Shown: positions 19,875 to 36,350 of the stretch, piece after piece
Layout: the number at the start of each line of letters is the position of its first letter
Numbering within the stretch: position 1 is the first letter of the stretch
Origin: the human T2T-CHM13v2.0 reference genome, Homo sapiens
Direction: 5' to 3' (one strand)
Length of the DNA: 64,000 nucleotides
NCBI RefSeq assembly: GCF_009914755.1
Contig: NC_060934.1
Made by a program: the position numbers and the translations under genes
The notes under the pieces: generated by a model
Seen by the model: the letters and a program-made list of their open reading frames with translations, nothing else
Database searches by the model: none
Told to the model about the DNA's origin: nothing

Positions 19875-20671
19875 TGAAAGGAGAAATCCTTTGTCATCCA
19901 GTGACAAAGATGACATTACAAAACAACAGTGATTCCGAGTCTCAAGGCCTACAATGCAGCCTTATCTTACACACTGTCATAAGCAATGTAGGTTTCATTC
20001 AACAGCCTTGGGAGGTGTGTTCTTTTTACTGCATTTCCACAAACTGGGAGAGGAAAGGGCTGCGGTGACCTCTGCCCCTCCCAGCAAAACCTAAAAATAA
20101 TTTCAAGGCTGGTTACTTCTCCCCATCTAAACTGCTAGCAGCGTAGTTCAGGCCATCACAATTTCTAGTGATTTCCACCAAGAAGAGTTTTCCAAGTCCT
20201 TCTCTGCAGAGCTTCCCAACATGGTAGGACTAAAACCCAGGCTCTTCCCCATGGCTGCTGCCTGCCTCGGCCCCTCTCCACACCCTCCCTGCCCCCTGCT
20301 CCCAGTGCTCTGGCCATGATGACCGGGGCAGGCCTCAGCTCAGGGCCTTCCTGGTGCCTTCCTTAGGCTTGAGGCCCTCTGGTCCTCAAGGGACGGGCCC
20401 CTTGGAATTCCCGACAGAAGCTTACGCATCACACGTCACTTTCTCCCAGCATCTGTTGCTTAACTAAAGCCTTTCTCTACCTCAGTGTGGCCGCTCCTCC
20501 CCAGCCTGGCCACCTTTTGTCCTACTTTTCCACCACTGTTTCCAGGTGTGTGCCCTGGACTATGCCTGGCATTTAATAACAGACACTCAACAGACACCTG
20601 CTCCATGAGGGACCTTCAGGGCCTGGTCCTTCCATCACAGAACCTTATATACATTTTTAATACTCTAATGG

Positions 20672-20983
<312 letters not shown>

Positions 20984-21162
20984 TCAAGTGTGGGGAAATT
21001 GGATGTTTTTATTGGGATAGAAATTGGACTAAAATAATGGTTATCAAAAGCCAATGTCACTATCTAATATTTATATTTTCAGAAGAAAAATATTAGTCTT
21101 GCATAGATTTCCAATCTGTGGTATGAAATAAATGATACATGTGAAGTTAACACTCTTTGTGT

Positions 21163-21163
21163 T

Positions 21164-21195
<32 letters not shown>
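21163..21195. repeat. (TTG)n microsatellite
   Basis: Directly visible, about 50 nt into intron 3. Confidence 0.9.
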
Positions 21196-21244
21196 CATCC
21201 AGCTTTGTTTGTGGGGAAAAAAAGAGAAAAGCAGAAAAACTTAC

Positions 21245-21389
21245 CTAGTTTTGGTACCGGTTGTGTGTCCCAAAACTGGTATCTGTGCTTTGCAGCCTCA
21301 TCAATGTTCCTGGCTGGGCCCTGGCATGCGGATAGCAGCTCCATTGCTCTCTGGATATCCTGCAACTTCTGCATTGGAACACTGGGATT
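21245..21389 (-). CDS. NMT2: NMT2 coding exon 3 (145 nt, NPSVPMQ...[14 protein letters not shown])
   Basis: Acceptor gtcgtag|AAT, donor CTAG|GTAAG; contains the conserved YQFWDTQPV motif. Confidence 0.97.
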
Positions 21390-21919
21390 CTACGACAGCA
21401 AAGACAGACACAGAATATGAGAGAGCGGCTGCTGATGTTAAACTTGAGCAGACGCACGTGCATCTGCCTCAGAGACTACAATACCTAAACACTAACAATC
21501 CTCCTCCAAGCCCAGTCAAGGCCATGGGCTTGTGTGTTACACATGAAAATAGAAGCAAACCCTCTGTTAAAGGTAACAACAGTTGTCTAGTTTTATTGGG
21601 GCTCTGGCAGTTTGGGGAATCTAAATTGAAGCACGCTTTGCTTCAGTTTCCCATCCATCTACAAATGGTCCCCGGCATTACTCCTCTGGGGGAGACGTGC
21701 AGTGCATGCATTACTGTCATCCAACAGCCAGGCAGCCACGAGCCTTGGGTGGGGGGCACTGTCAGAGTAAATGCTCTGCAGGAGCAACGAGGGGATGAAG
21801 GAAAGAACTTCTAGAATGGAAACACAGCAGAGAAGGGAAGGGAAGGGGAGGGGAGGGAAAGAAGAGAGAGAGAGAAAACAAAGAAAGAGAAAGAGAGAGA
21901 GAAAGAAAGAGAGAGGATC

Positions 21920-22523
<604 letters not shown>

Positions 22524-23954
22524 TCAAGAAAAGAAATCTCTAACCATGCCCCTTCCTCCCGGCCACACCCTGCCCTTCTCCTGACCCTCCTGATCCTCCT
22601 GATCCTCTAGAGACAAACTCTCCCACCAGAAGGACAAGCAATTTCCTCTGTACTTCAGATCCTGGGCAACCATAGCCTGTCGTTCCCAGCCCAAGTGTTG
22701 GAAACTGGACTCCTTTTTAGGTAAAACATTACGTTTGAATTCTAAGGTTCCTTTCTCAAAGCCAATATTCCCGCCAGCTCTTGGAGATTCCCCAGTTCTT
22801 TTTTTTTTTTTTTTAATTCCTCAAATAACGTAATAATACATGGAACATGAGACTACTTGAAATGAGAAGACAGCGCAGAGGACTGAATATGGAAATCAAT
22901 GACTTTTTTCAATATGTAAAATTACTGAGACATTGTAGAACTTTGATACCATGCAAAGAATATTCTTCGCTGTAATTCAGAAAGTGGTTAGAAGTTTCAA
23001 GAGCCCTTCGGTTTTGCTGTATGTCAACACAGGGTGGACACCATTGAAAGGTACAATCGACCCTTAGAAGTTTATAAACAGCAACTTTGGACTTCTGTTC
23101 CACTTGGAATCTGAAATCTGTGGTGTGGAGCAATAATTTTAACTTGGGAAGCTTACTCATCGTACACAGCACAGAACAGGGTTTGTTTCATACAAACACT
23201 GTCAAGAACCCTAAGGAAACGAAGTTCTGAAGTCCAGCTGGAGGCAGGTGAAAGTCTTTTTGTCTCTGCTTGGAAGTCTCACAGCACAATCCAAGATGGC
23301 CACAGTTTTTGTAAGCTGTTTATCTTACATTTGTTTAACATCAAAATCATAAAGGTCCTATCTTAATGACACATACAAATTTAACAAAATACTTTTCCGG
23401 TTCTCATTATTATATCTTTGGATGACTTCTTTTCCTTGGGTGTCTTTTAAGTCCCCAACATTAAAAGGAGCAAATTTCTAGCAAAATGAAATTCATGTGT
23501 ATCTGAACTCCAACAACACCATCTATTAGAAGACCTTACAATTTAAATAGGAATTGAGATCACAGCATATTTCAACTAATAATGCTTAACTGTGCATCAG
23601 TTTAGCTTAAAATGGCAAAGTAGAGCCCAGTCTTATAAAAATAGAACTACAATGACTATAATGAATTTGTCATGGTACTTTTTCTTTCTTGATTTAATTT
23701 TTTGTTCCTTGATTTCTTTCCTGGTTTCTGAGTTAAATCTTCTAACAGTAATATATCAAACTCAAACTATTTTGCAACAGACATGAATCAGCATCTTTGT
23801 TCCACATGACCCAATGACCAAAATGACCAACTCCATGAAGAAGACTTCAGAGTGATTTATTCCCTACCTAATTAGCTCATGGGTTGACCAGCACACCTCT
23901 ACATGAAATGTCCCTTTGCGAAACATTGATATCCCAATGTTCACTATTTAAATG

Positions 23955-24283
23955 CTTTCTTTCTTCTTCTTCTTCTTTTTTTTTTTTTTTTTTTTCATTT
24001 TGAGGCAGAGTCTCACTCTGTCGCCCAGGCTGGAATGCAATGGCATGATCATGGCTCACTGTGACCTCCGCCTCCTGGGTTCAAGTGATTCTCCTGCCTC
24101 AGTTTCCTGAGTAGCTGGGATTACAGGCTTGTGCCACCACGCCTGGCTAATTTTTGTATTTTTAGTAGAGACAGGGTTTCACCATGTCGGCCAGCCTGGT
24201 CTTGAACTCCTGACATCAAGTGATCTGCCCGCCTTGGCCTCCCAAAATGTGGTGATTACAGGCATGAACAACCACATACGGCT
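23955..24283 (-). mobile_element. Alu
   Basis: Reverse Alu; TSD ctatttaaatgctttct. Confidence 0.9.
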
Positions 24284-24364
24284 CTATTTAAATGCTTTCT
24301 GAAAGTAGATTCAAATAAACACAATTTCCAAATCCACAGGGACAAAGCAGTAAGGGAAACTCAG

Positions 24365-24413
24365 CTATGATCATTTCTCATGCCTGTCCATTCACCTTCC
24401 ATAGTAGCACTAC
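24365..24413 (-). other. Decayed partner cassette exon (pseudoexon) G-SATMEGEWTGMRNDH
   Basis: Good acceptor ctcattcttcccag|GT, but the donor position reads AG|CTGAGT; 49 nt; resembles the recalled mouse GDTMEGEWIDLRMYHK. Confidence 0.6.
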
Positions 24414-24836
24414 CTGGGAAGAATGAGTGTGCATCAGGCAAGGTGAGATGAATATCTACCCGACATTAACTTCCCACGATTCCACTCCTATATAAGAGGC
24501 AGGTATATTCTCTTTTTCTTCCACACATGCTTTCTGTGGCATACTAACCAGCAACTATACTCTTTACCCATTGTTTTCCAAATTTAATAGTACCTTGGAA
24601 AAAATGTCCAAGTTTTATAACACTAAGAAGTTTATAAGAATCCAAATATCATTTTTATTTTGGTTCTTGTATGTAGACCAGAATATTCTGCAATGCAGTC
24701 CACTGTAATTTACAGTGCTATCTAGAGTTGGCATAAGCTTAAAGGGAAAGAGCCCCAGATTTTAAAAATGCAGCAGAAAAAAGCCCATCTTAAGACAATA
24801 CTGACTTCCTCCAAATTAAGAAAAGAAATTCCCTAC

Positions 24837-25223
24837 TGTGATGGTTACTACTGAGTGTCAACTTGATTGGATTGAAGGATACAAAGTATTGGTCCTGGGT
24901 GTGTCTGTGAGGGTGTTGCCAAAGGAGATTAACGTTTGAGTCAGTGGGCTGGGAAATGCAGACCCACCCTTAATCTGGGTGGGCACAATCTAATCAGCTG
25001 CCAGTGCAGCTAGGATACAAGCAGGCAGAAAAATGTGAAAAGAGAGACTGGCCTAGCCTCCCAGCCTCCATCTTTCTCCCATACTGGATGCTTCCTGCCC
25101 TCGAACATCAGGCTCCAAGTTCTTCAGTTTTGGAACTCAGACTGGCTCTCCTTGCTCCTCAGACTGCAGATGGCCTATTGTGGGACCTTATGATCATGTG
25201 AATTAATACTTAATAAACTCCCC

Positions 25224-25265
<42 letters not shown>

Positions 25266-25316
25266 CATCCATCCATCCCATTAGTTCTGTCCCTCTAGAG
25301 AACCCTGACCAATACA
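24837..25316 (+). mobile_element. MLT2A (ERVL) solo LTR
   Basis: TG...CA termini (tgtgatggtt...ccctgaccaataca), 5-bp TSD cctac at 24832-24836 and 25317-25321, internal (TCTA)n. Confidence 0.9.
25224..25278. repeat. (TCTA)n(TCCA)n microsatellite within the MLT2A LTR
   Basis: Directly visible. Confidence 0.92.
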
Positions 25317-25829
25317 CCTACCATATAATGCCAAGAGTTCGCCACTGCCTGGCTTGGCTCTAGTTTCTCATAAGTGACCAGAGAGAGGGGAAAGGCTCAC
25401 AGTCACTAGAGGTGGAAGGGATGGGCAGAGACCAATGGTGATGCTGAAAGCAACAGGAGATGTCCACGCTGCAGGTCAGGGATGCCACGTTTATCTGATG
25501 AAGCGACATTTAGAAACGGGAAGAGTGTTTTGCAAGCTTATGGTGGTATCCTCTATGAGTTACCTTGGAAAGCTGTATCTAGTGGGTAGCATATTTATTA
25601 CCCGAGAACCAAGTTGAAAAGCTAGGGAAGAAGATTCCATTTTCTTCTCACCCTGCAGTCAGTCAGGGAAAAATTGGGGCAAGTAATTTTCCTTCTCAGT
25701 GATTCCTGGTTCTTTTGTGTAAAACAGGTGACAACATCAAAACTACCTGCAAGTCTCACTTCATGGAACACAACAGAAACTCTGCATAAGAAAAAAGGAA
25801 ATCCACAAAGCTTGTAGAATGGTAACAAC

Positions 25830-25832
<3 letters not shown>

Positions 25833-25885
<53 letters not shown>
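25833..25885. repeat. (TA)n microsatellite, about 26 units
   Basis: Directly visible, perfect. Confidence 0.95.
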
Positions 25886-25889
<4 letters not shown>

Positions 25890-26099
25890 TGTTTTAGGAT
25901 GTAAAAACTCTTCAATAAAAATGCTCCAACTGGAACCTCAAGATCGAACTGCGAGTTAGAGAGAAGAGAAGGAACTGGGCTGAAGGAAGTGCAGTACCCA
26001 GGCAAAGGCACACAACTAGTGAGCAAGGGGGCAGAGACCAAGCTCAAGGTCTCAGACATCACCCCTTGAGCTGTTTCCACAATACCACATGCTACTCAC

Positions 26100-26676
<577 letters not shown>

Positions 26677-26961
26677 TGAGTTTCTTGCATCAAGAGGGCT
26701 TTGTGTTTCCCAGAGGCCCAGCATACAGGGTGCCTGGGGGTTGGCTCCACAGACAGGGATGGCTGCCATCTGTGCCACCAGACACCCACGCAGTACAATC
26801 AACCCTCTTCTTGGCCACCATCTGCCAACACGGGGCCCAGCTGGACAACTTCTGGTTTGGTTTAAACTAGGAGAATGTCAGGAACTATTTCCCACCCTTG
26901 GCATTAGAATGAAGAACGACCGCTGCAAACTGGTTTAATTCAAAGTCAACGAGAGACTTAC

Positions 26962-27004
26962 CCATGGCTGCTCCCGCTGAAATCTGCTGCCAGATGGTGT
27001 TGTG
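26962..27004 (-). CDS. NMT2: Alternative 43-nt cassette exon in NMT2 intron 2 (HNTIWQQISAGAAM-G)
   Basis: ctaattacctgaatag|CAC...ATG G|GTAAGT: perfect donor, branch-point-like CTAAT, open in phase 0; resembles the first half of the mouse Nmt2 insert as recalled. Confidence 0.75.
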
Positions 27005-27396
27005 CTATTCAGGTAATTAGACAGACACCCAGAAAAATTACAATGTGAATATCTTCTGAACGAAAAGTAATCAAATATTAAAGTGTAATTTCAAAAAAAC
27101 CTAACAAGCTCACACTGAGACTTTCTTCTAGAACGACAATCTAAATACAAATTCACTGAGAAAAGGGAAAAACACAGCAGGTATCCACACACACACAAAA
27201 GCACAGTGTACCCCTTCGTTATTTGGGTGCCAAAGTCCATTTTAAGGAGGCTGTCAAGAGCTTCCAGTTACTAGTGGCATTCAACACACAGTCACAACAA
27301 AGTCCCTACACATCTGATGCAGCAGCGCGCTAAACTGCGTAAACCCACTCATGCACGAGAAACCACACAGAGGAAAAAATAAAACAGAGCTCTCAC

Positions 27397-27532
27397 TTTC
27401 GAAGGCTGCTGAATTTTAATCTCCTGGGAATCAGATGCCGAGTCTGACTTGGTGCCTCCGGAATTTGGTTTCTCCTTTTTTCTCTTCTGTTTCTTCTTTT
27501 TCTTTTTGGCTCCCAAATACCCTCCAGGACTT
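27397..27532 (-). CDS. NMT2: NMT2 coding exon 2 (136 nt; polybasic KKKKKKQKRKKEK segment)
   Basis: Acceptor tcctgcag|A, donor AAA|GTGAGA; translates SPGGYLGAKKKKKKQKRKKEKPNSGG...QQPSK; cumulative length 246 nt. Confidence 0.97.
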
Positions 27533-28254
27533 CTGCAGGAAATGCAAAGATGGTGAAACCAACCAACAAACAAAAATCATTAAATGAAATTGAATTGCAT
27601 ACAATTAATCATTTCAAAAAACACAGCTGTTACATGCAGTAGAAAATAACTGTGTTAGGATGTAGGTGAGGAATAAAAGGTAGTGGAGTGAAGACGGTAA
27701 CAGGCAATGCAGAAGAATACCAGCCCCCGCTCAGTCATCCTGCAGGTGCTTAGAAGTCACGAAGCAGGAAGATTGCAGAGATAAACCACATTTTATAACT
27801 GAAGTAAAATAGTTTCCACGGTTATCACTACTCTCCTAATCTACGTTTAAGTCAGCTTTCGGGAGGAGAGATACATGATATGAAAAACTCCATTATCAAG
27901 ATCTCTTGGGTACGACAGAACACTAATCTTGAAGCAACAGAACTAAACAAACCACTTTTTTGCAGAGGAGGAAATGTTCCCTGATAAAGATTTTTACTAG
28001 GGGGGCTAACAATGAAAAGCTTTAAGTGTCTAACTACAGAGAGAGACCCTGTCACAAACAATCACAAACAAAACACAAAGTGCTAGTTTTGTTACCTAGC
28101 ATCTAGGTTATAAAGGAACTTTTCTTTCCACTGGTTATTCATGTTTTAAAGTAATGAACTTTTCCATTTAAAATGGATAATTCCTCTGTGACATCCAAAT
28201 ATGAAAGGCATGTGCAATAGTGAGAGAAACTGTTTAAGAACTAAGCACGCTGTT

Positions 28255-31710
<3,456 letters not shown>

Positions 31711-32369
31711 ACAGAAGTGTTGACAGGTGACACTCCTGTCCCTGGGGGTGACAGGATGATGTTATGGCCAGAGCAGATCAGGAGTCAGCTGTGGCTGCTT
31801 AGCCAGGGGTCTGCGTCCCACAGGACTCCAGGTACTCTGGAGGGAGACGCATGACAGAAAGAGATGCCCCCGTGCCTGGGTGGGAGAGGTGCTAAGCGGG
31901 CTTCCAGATACTGAAGGCAAATCCAGGCCCAAGAGAAGACTCTCCCTGGAAATCCAATGAAGAAAGACTAATTCAGACTCCCAGTACTCAAGGCTGATTA
32001 CCAAGTCATGGAAATTCAGCCCTGCATATCATGTGGCCCTTTAAAAAGATTCCTCGGTCTTCAAGAACTCAAGTCCCACCTCCCTCTTCCCCAGGGTTTC
32101 ACTTGAAAGGTCCACAAAGAAAAGGCTCTCAGTTTTGCCACCTCTGAAAGCCCGCACACTTCAGCTTCCATCCAGAGAGAATCAGTGGCACATTCAGACC
32201 TCAAGTAGAAACGAACACATTCCTTCTCAGCCATGGAAATGGCAAAAATTTAATGAGCACATCCAGCAAATCTCTTCAAAGAAGTATTCATGGAAACTAC
32301 AGACAAGACTTAATGGGAGGGCCAATGTAACAGAGCCATGTAAACGCTTTACAGGTGGTCCAGGATGAC

Positions 32370-32765
32370 ATCCACAAAACCCATCGTTTCTCTCTCTGGA
32401 CTCACAGCTGGACAGCACTTGCCAGCTGCCTTGTAGCCAGGTGTGGCCACTGACTGAGTTCCAGCCAGCGGAAGTGATGTGTGTCACTTCCTGCTGCCCA
32501 GAAACCCCTATGGGTGGCTTCTCCATGTCCTTCCTGTCCTTTGTGCTGTCTGGATGCAGACATAGGTGAGAGCCCCAAGGATGGCAGAGCCACACGATGG
32601 CGCAGTCTCGACCCTGGATGACAGAATGAAGGAGAACTCCCTCACCATCGTCAGAACATGTGCCTAGGGCTGGTCCATGAATGAGAAGGGAACTTCCACT
32701 GTGTTGTTCAATCCCATGTTAGGGTCTGTTGATTACAGCAGCCCAGTCTCATACAACTAACACAT
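32370..32765 (+). mobile_element. Old MLT1-type LTR
   Basis: ggtgtggccactgactgagttccagcc...ggaagtgatgtgtgtcacttcc. Confidence 0.6.
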
Positions 32766-32785
32766 CAATCTTAAGAGTGACATCG

Positions 32786-33069
32786 GGCTGGGTGCAGCGG
32801 CTCACGCCTGTAATCCCAGCACTTTGGGAGGCCAAAGAGGGAGGATTGCTTGATCCCAGGAGTTCAAGACCAGGCTGATCAACACAGAAAGACCCCCATC
32901 TCTACAAAAAAATTAAAATTAGCCAGATGTGGTGACATGTGCCTGTAGTCCCAGCTACCTGGGAGGCTGGGGTGGGAGGATCACCTGAGCCCAGGAGGTC
33001 AAGGTTGCAGTAAGCTATGTTTGCACCACTCCATTCCAGCTGGGCAACAGCGAAAGATCCTCTCGCTCT

Positions 33070-33112
<43 letters not shown>

Positions 33113-34500
33113 GACATCAAAGGAGCTCAATTTTTGGTATGTGAATTCCAAGGATAAAAAGTAATTTTAAATTTTATCAGGTACCACCAGAGGGATAACT
33201 TAGCTCCTCTCTACTGTGAAATACAAGAAACATTAGTGGTTTGAGACTAATTATTTTACAAATATTTCCCCCCTGAATTTCCAAGTTCCTGCATGGAAAA
33301 TGGTGGGAATATAGCTGATTGTAATCTTCTCATTCGTATTTTCATGCATTTTTGAACTAGTGTATAATAATCACAATACCTTTGTAAGGAAAACATTATT
33401 AAACTACAACGGAACTGAAGAACAGATAAACAGGTCCATGAAATGCAACAGACATATCAGTAACAACCCATGATAGTAAAGAAACTTGATATATAATAAA
33501 GATCACATCATAAATCAGTAGTGAAAAAAAAATTTTTAATACATAGCATGAGAAAAACTGAATTCCTATATGCAGAAATATAAAATTAGTTTGCTGCATC
33601 CCACAACATGAAAAAAAAAACAAATTCCAAATGGGTGAAAGACCCAAACTTGGAAAACAAAACCTTAAAAGTGAAGGTGGTGATGTCCATTTACTCCACA
33701 TGTTTCTAGTGCCTAGAACAGTGTCTGGCATTTAGTAGATGCTCAAGTAAACATCTGTCAAATGAGTAAGTGAAAGAATTAAATGATAACTTCATAATGT
33801 CCGTGAAGGAAACAATTACTCAAACGAGGACTCAAAAGTACAAACCATAAGAGATAATAACTTTTGAGTACACCAAAGTTAAACATTTCATGGTAAAGTG
33901 ATTATAAAAAAATTTTTATGTTACAGAATAAGGTTAGACATTTATAACACAAATGAGAAAGTATTACCAGCCAGAATATATACAAAGGTCTTTTCTCTTT
34001 CACATTTTATCTCTAGGATGGTATAGAAAGACAACATTATATTCTGGCCAGGACTGCAGGCATTAAGTAGAGTTTGACTACCTGGCTTTGAATCCTGACT
34101 CCACAAGTTCTCAGCTGTGTGACTTTGAGTTTATTACTTAACCTCTCTGTGCTCCAGTTTCTGTAGCTGTAAAAGGATGTTTTCAAAAAACAGTATTAGG
34201 CCAGGTGTGGTGGCTCATGTCTGTAATCCCAGCACTTTGGGACGGAGGACAAGGCAGGAGGGCTGCTTGAGTCCAGGAGTTCGAGACCAGCCTGAGCAAC
34301 ATACCAAAACCTAGTCTTTACAAAAAATAAAAAATTAGCTGGGCAAGTTGGTGTGTGTGTGCCTCTGGTCCCAGCTACTCAGGAAGCTGAGGTGGGAGGA
34401 TCACTTGAGTCCAGGAGTTTGAGGCTGCAGTGAGCCGTGATCGTGCCACTACAGTCAGCCTGGGCAACAGAGTGAGACCCTGTCTCAAATAAATAAATAG
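32786..34500 (+). mobile_element. Alus (32786-33110, 34199-34500) with L1M, L2 and MIR fragments between them
   Basis: Dimeric Alus; L2-like tagtgcctagaacagtgtctggca at ~33710; MIR core at ~34140. Confidence 0.8.
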
Positions 34501-35019
34501 TATTAGAAAAAATGTGAGGATAAAATGAATTCATACATCTAAGAATTTAGTATAGTAGCTGGCACACAGAAATCATTCGGTACAAGCCAGCTATTATTAT
34601 GATTGTACTGCTTTAGTTTTTAAATATAATTTATTGCTAGCTGGAACAGTATTGTCTCTCTCTAACTAGAACATAAGATCCATAAAACAGTGTTTTCTAT
34701 TGTATTCCTAGCACCGAAAATAGTGTCTGACATATAAAAGATCCTCAATATTTGCTAGATGAATGAGAAATCAATAAAAAAAAATTAAGAAAAAGAAGAC
34801 TGACAGAAGAATGGGCTGACAATATGAATAAGCACTTGACAAAAGAGGCAGACTTAACAACCAATAAGCTTAAGAAAACATGCTCAATTTCACCCATTGA
34901 TTTGGCAAACATTTTAAAATCTAAGAATATCAGAAGAACGTGAGGAAAGGGAACACTCACATGCTGTTGGTAAAATGTAAACTGAAACAACCACTTTGTA
35001 AAGCAGTCTGGCATTGCTG

Positions 35020-36113
35020 CTGCCACCACCACCGCCACCACCACCACCATCATCACCATCACCATATCATTACTAACATCGTCACCATTATCATCATCAC
35101 CACCATCGCCACTACCATTGATCGCCATCACCACCATCACTGCCGCCATCACCACCACCACTGCCACCATCATCACCACCATCATCACCATCATATCATT
35201 ACTACCATCATTGCCACTGTCATCATCACCATCACCATCGCCACTACCATTGCCATCACCACCATCACTGCCACCATCATCACCATCACCATCATCACCA
35301 CCATCACATCATCATCACCACCATCATCACCATTATCATCACCATCATCACCACCATTGCCACTACCATTGCCATCACCACCATCACTGCCACCATCATC
35401 ACCATCACCATCATCACCACCATCACATCATCACCACCATCATCACCATTATCATCACTGTCATCACCACTACCATCGCCACTACCATCGCCATCACCAT
35501 CACTGCCACCATCATTATCACCATCATCACCACCACCATCACTACCCCATCATCGTCACCATCACCATAATCACCACCACCACCACTGCCATCACCACCA
35601 TCACCATTATCATCACCATCACTACCCCATCATAGTCACCATCACCATAATCACCACCACCACTGCCATCACCACCATCACCATCATCATCACCATCATT
35701 ATCACCACCATCATCACCATCATCACCACCATCATCACCACCATCACCATCATCATCACCACCATCATCACCATCATTATCACCACCATGATCACCATGA
35801 TCACCACCATCATCACCATCATCATCACCATCATCACCACCATCATCATCACCATCATCATCACCATCATCACCATCATCATCACCACCATTACCATCAT
35901 CATCACCACCATCATCATCACCATCATCACCACCATCACCGCCATCATCACCATCATCATCACCATCATCACCACCATCATCATCACCATCATCACCACC
36001 ATCATTATCACCACCATCATCACCATCATCACCACCATCACCACCATCATCACCAACATCATCACCACCATCATCACCACCATCATCACCATCACCATCA
36101 TAATCATCACCAC
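35020..36113. repeat. About 1.1-kb degenerate (CAC/CAT)n tandem repeat with higher-order units
   Basis: Directly visible; it generates the poly-H, poly-I/T, poly-G/D and poly-M/V ORFs. Confidence 0.97.
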
Positions 36114-36350
36114 AGCAGGCAACACTTCGCAACACTTACTATGTGTCAGGCACTGTACCAAGCACCCTACAGATATCAACTTTGTAAACTGTCACACTCG
36201 GAGGTAAGTGCTATTATTATTATTATTATTCCCGTTTTATAGATGAGGAAACTGAAATAGAGAGAGCTTAAGTAATTTGCTGAAGGTCACATGGTTAATA
36301 ATGGCAGAATCAGGACTTGAATCCAGACAGCCTGGCTCCAAAATCCACAT
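36114..36350 (-). mobile_element. MIR whose 3' end abuts the CAC/CAT repeat
   Basis: ttttatagatgaggaaactga core, preceded by cacttactatgtgtcaggcactgt. Confidence 0.8.

Noticed and set aside
21164-21814. 216-aa plus-strand ORF antisense to exon 3 with a signal-peptide-like poly-Leu start
   Set aside because: It starts at TTG within a (TTG)n microsatellite and shows no recognisable homology.
23157-23210. 54-nt exon-like segment (gtttccttag|...GA|GTAAGC) in intron 2
   Set aside because: The splice signals are plausible, but it has stops in phases 0 and 1 and no independent support; such pairs arise by chance.
34745-36207. Poly-His, poly-Ile/Thr and Gly/Asp ORFs
   Set aside because: By-products of the CAC/CAT repeat, with no splice or codon-level evidence of coding.
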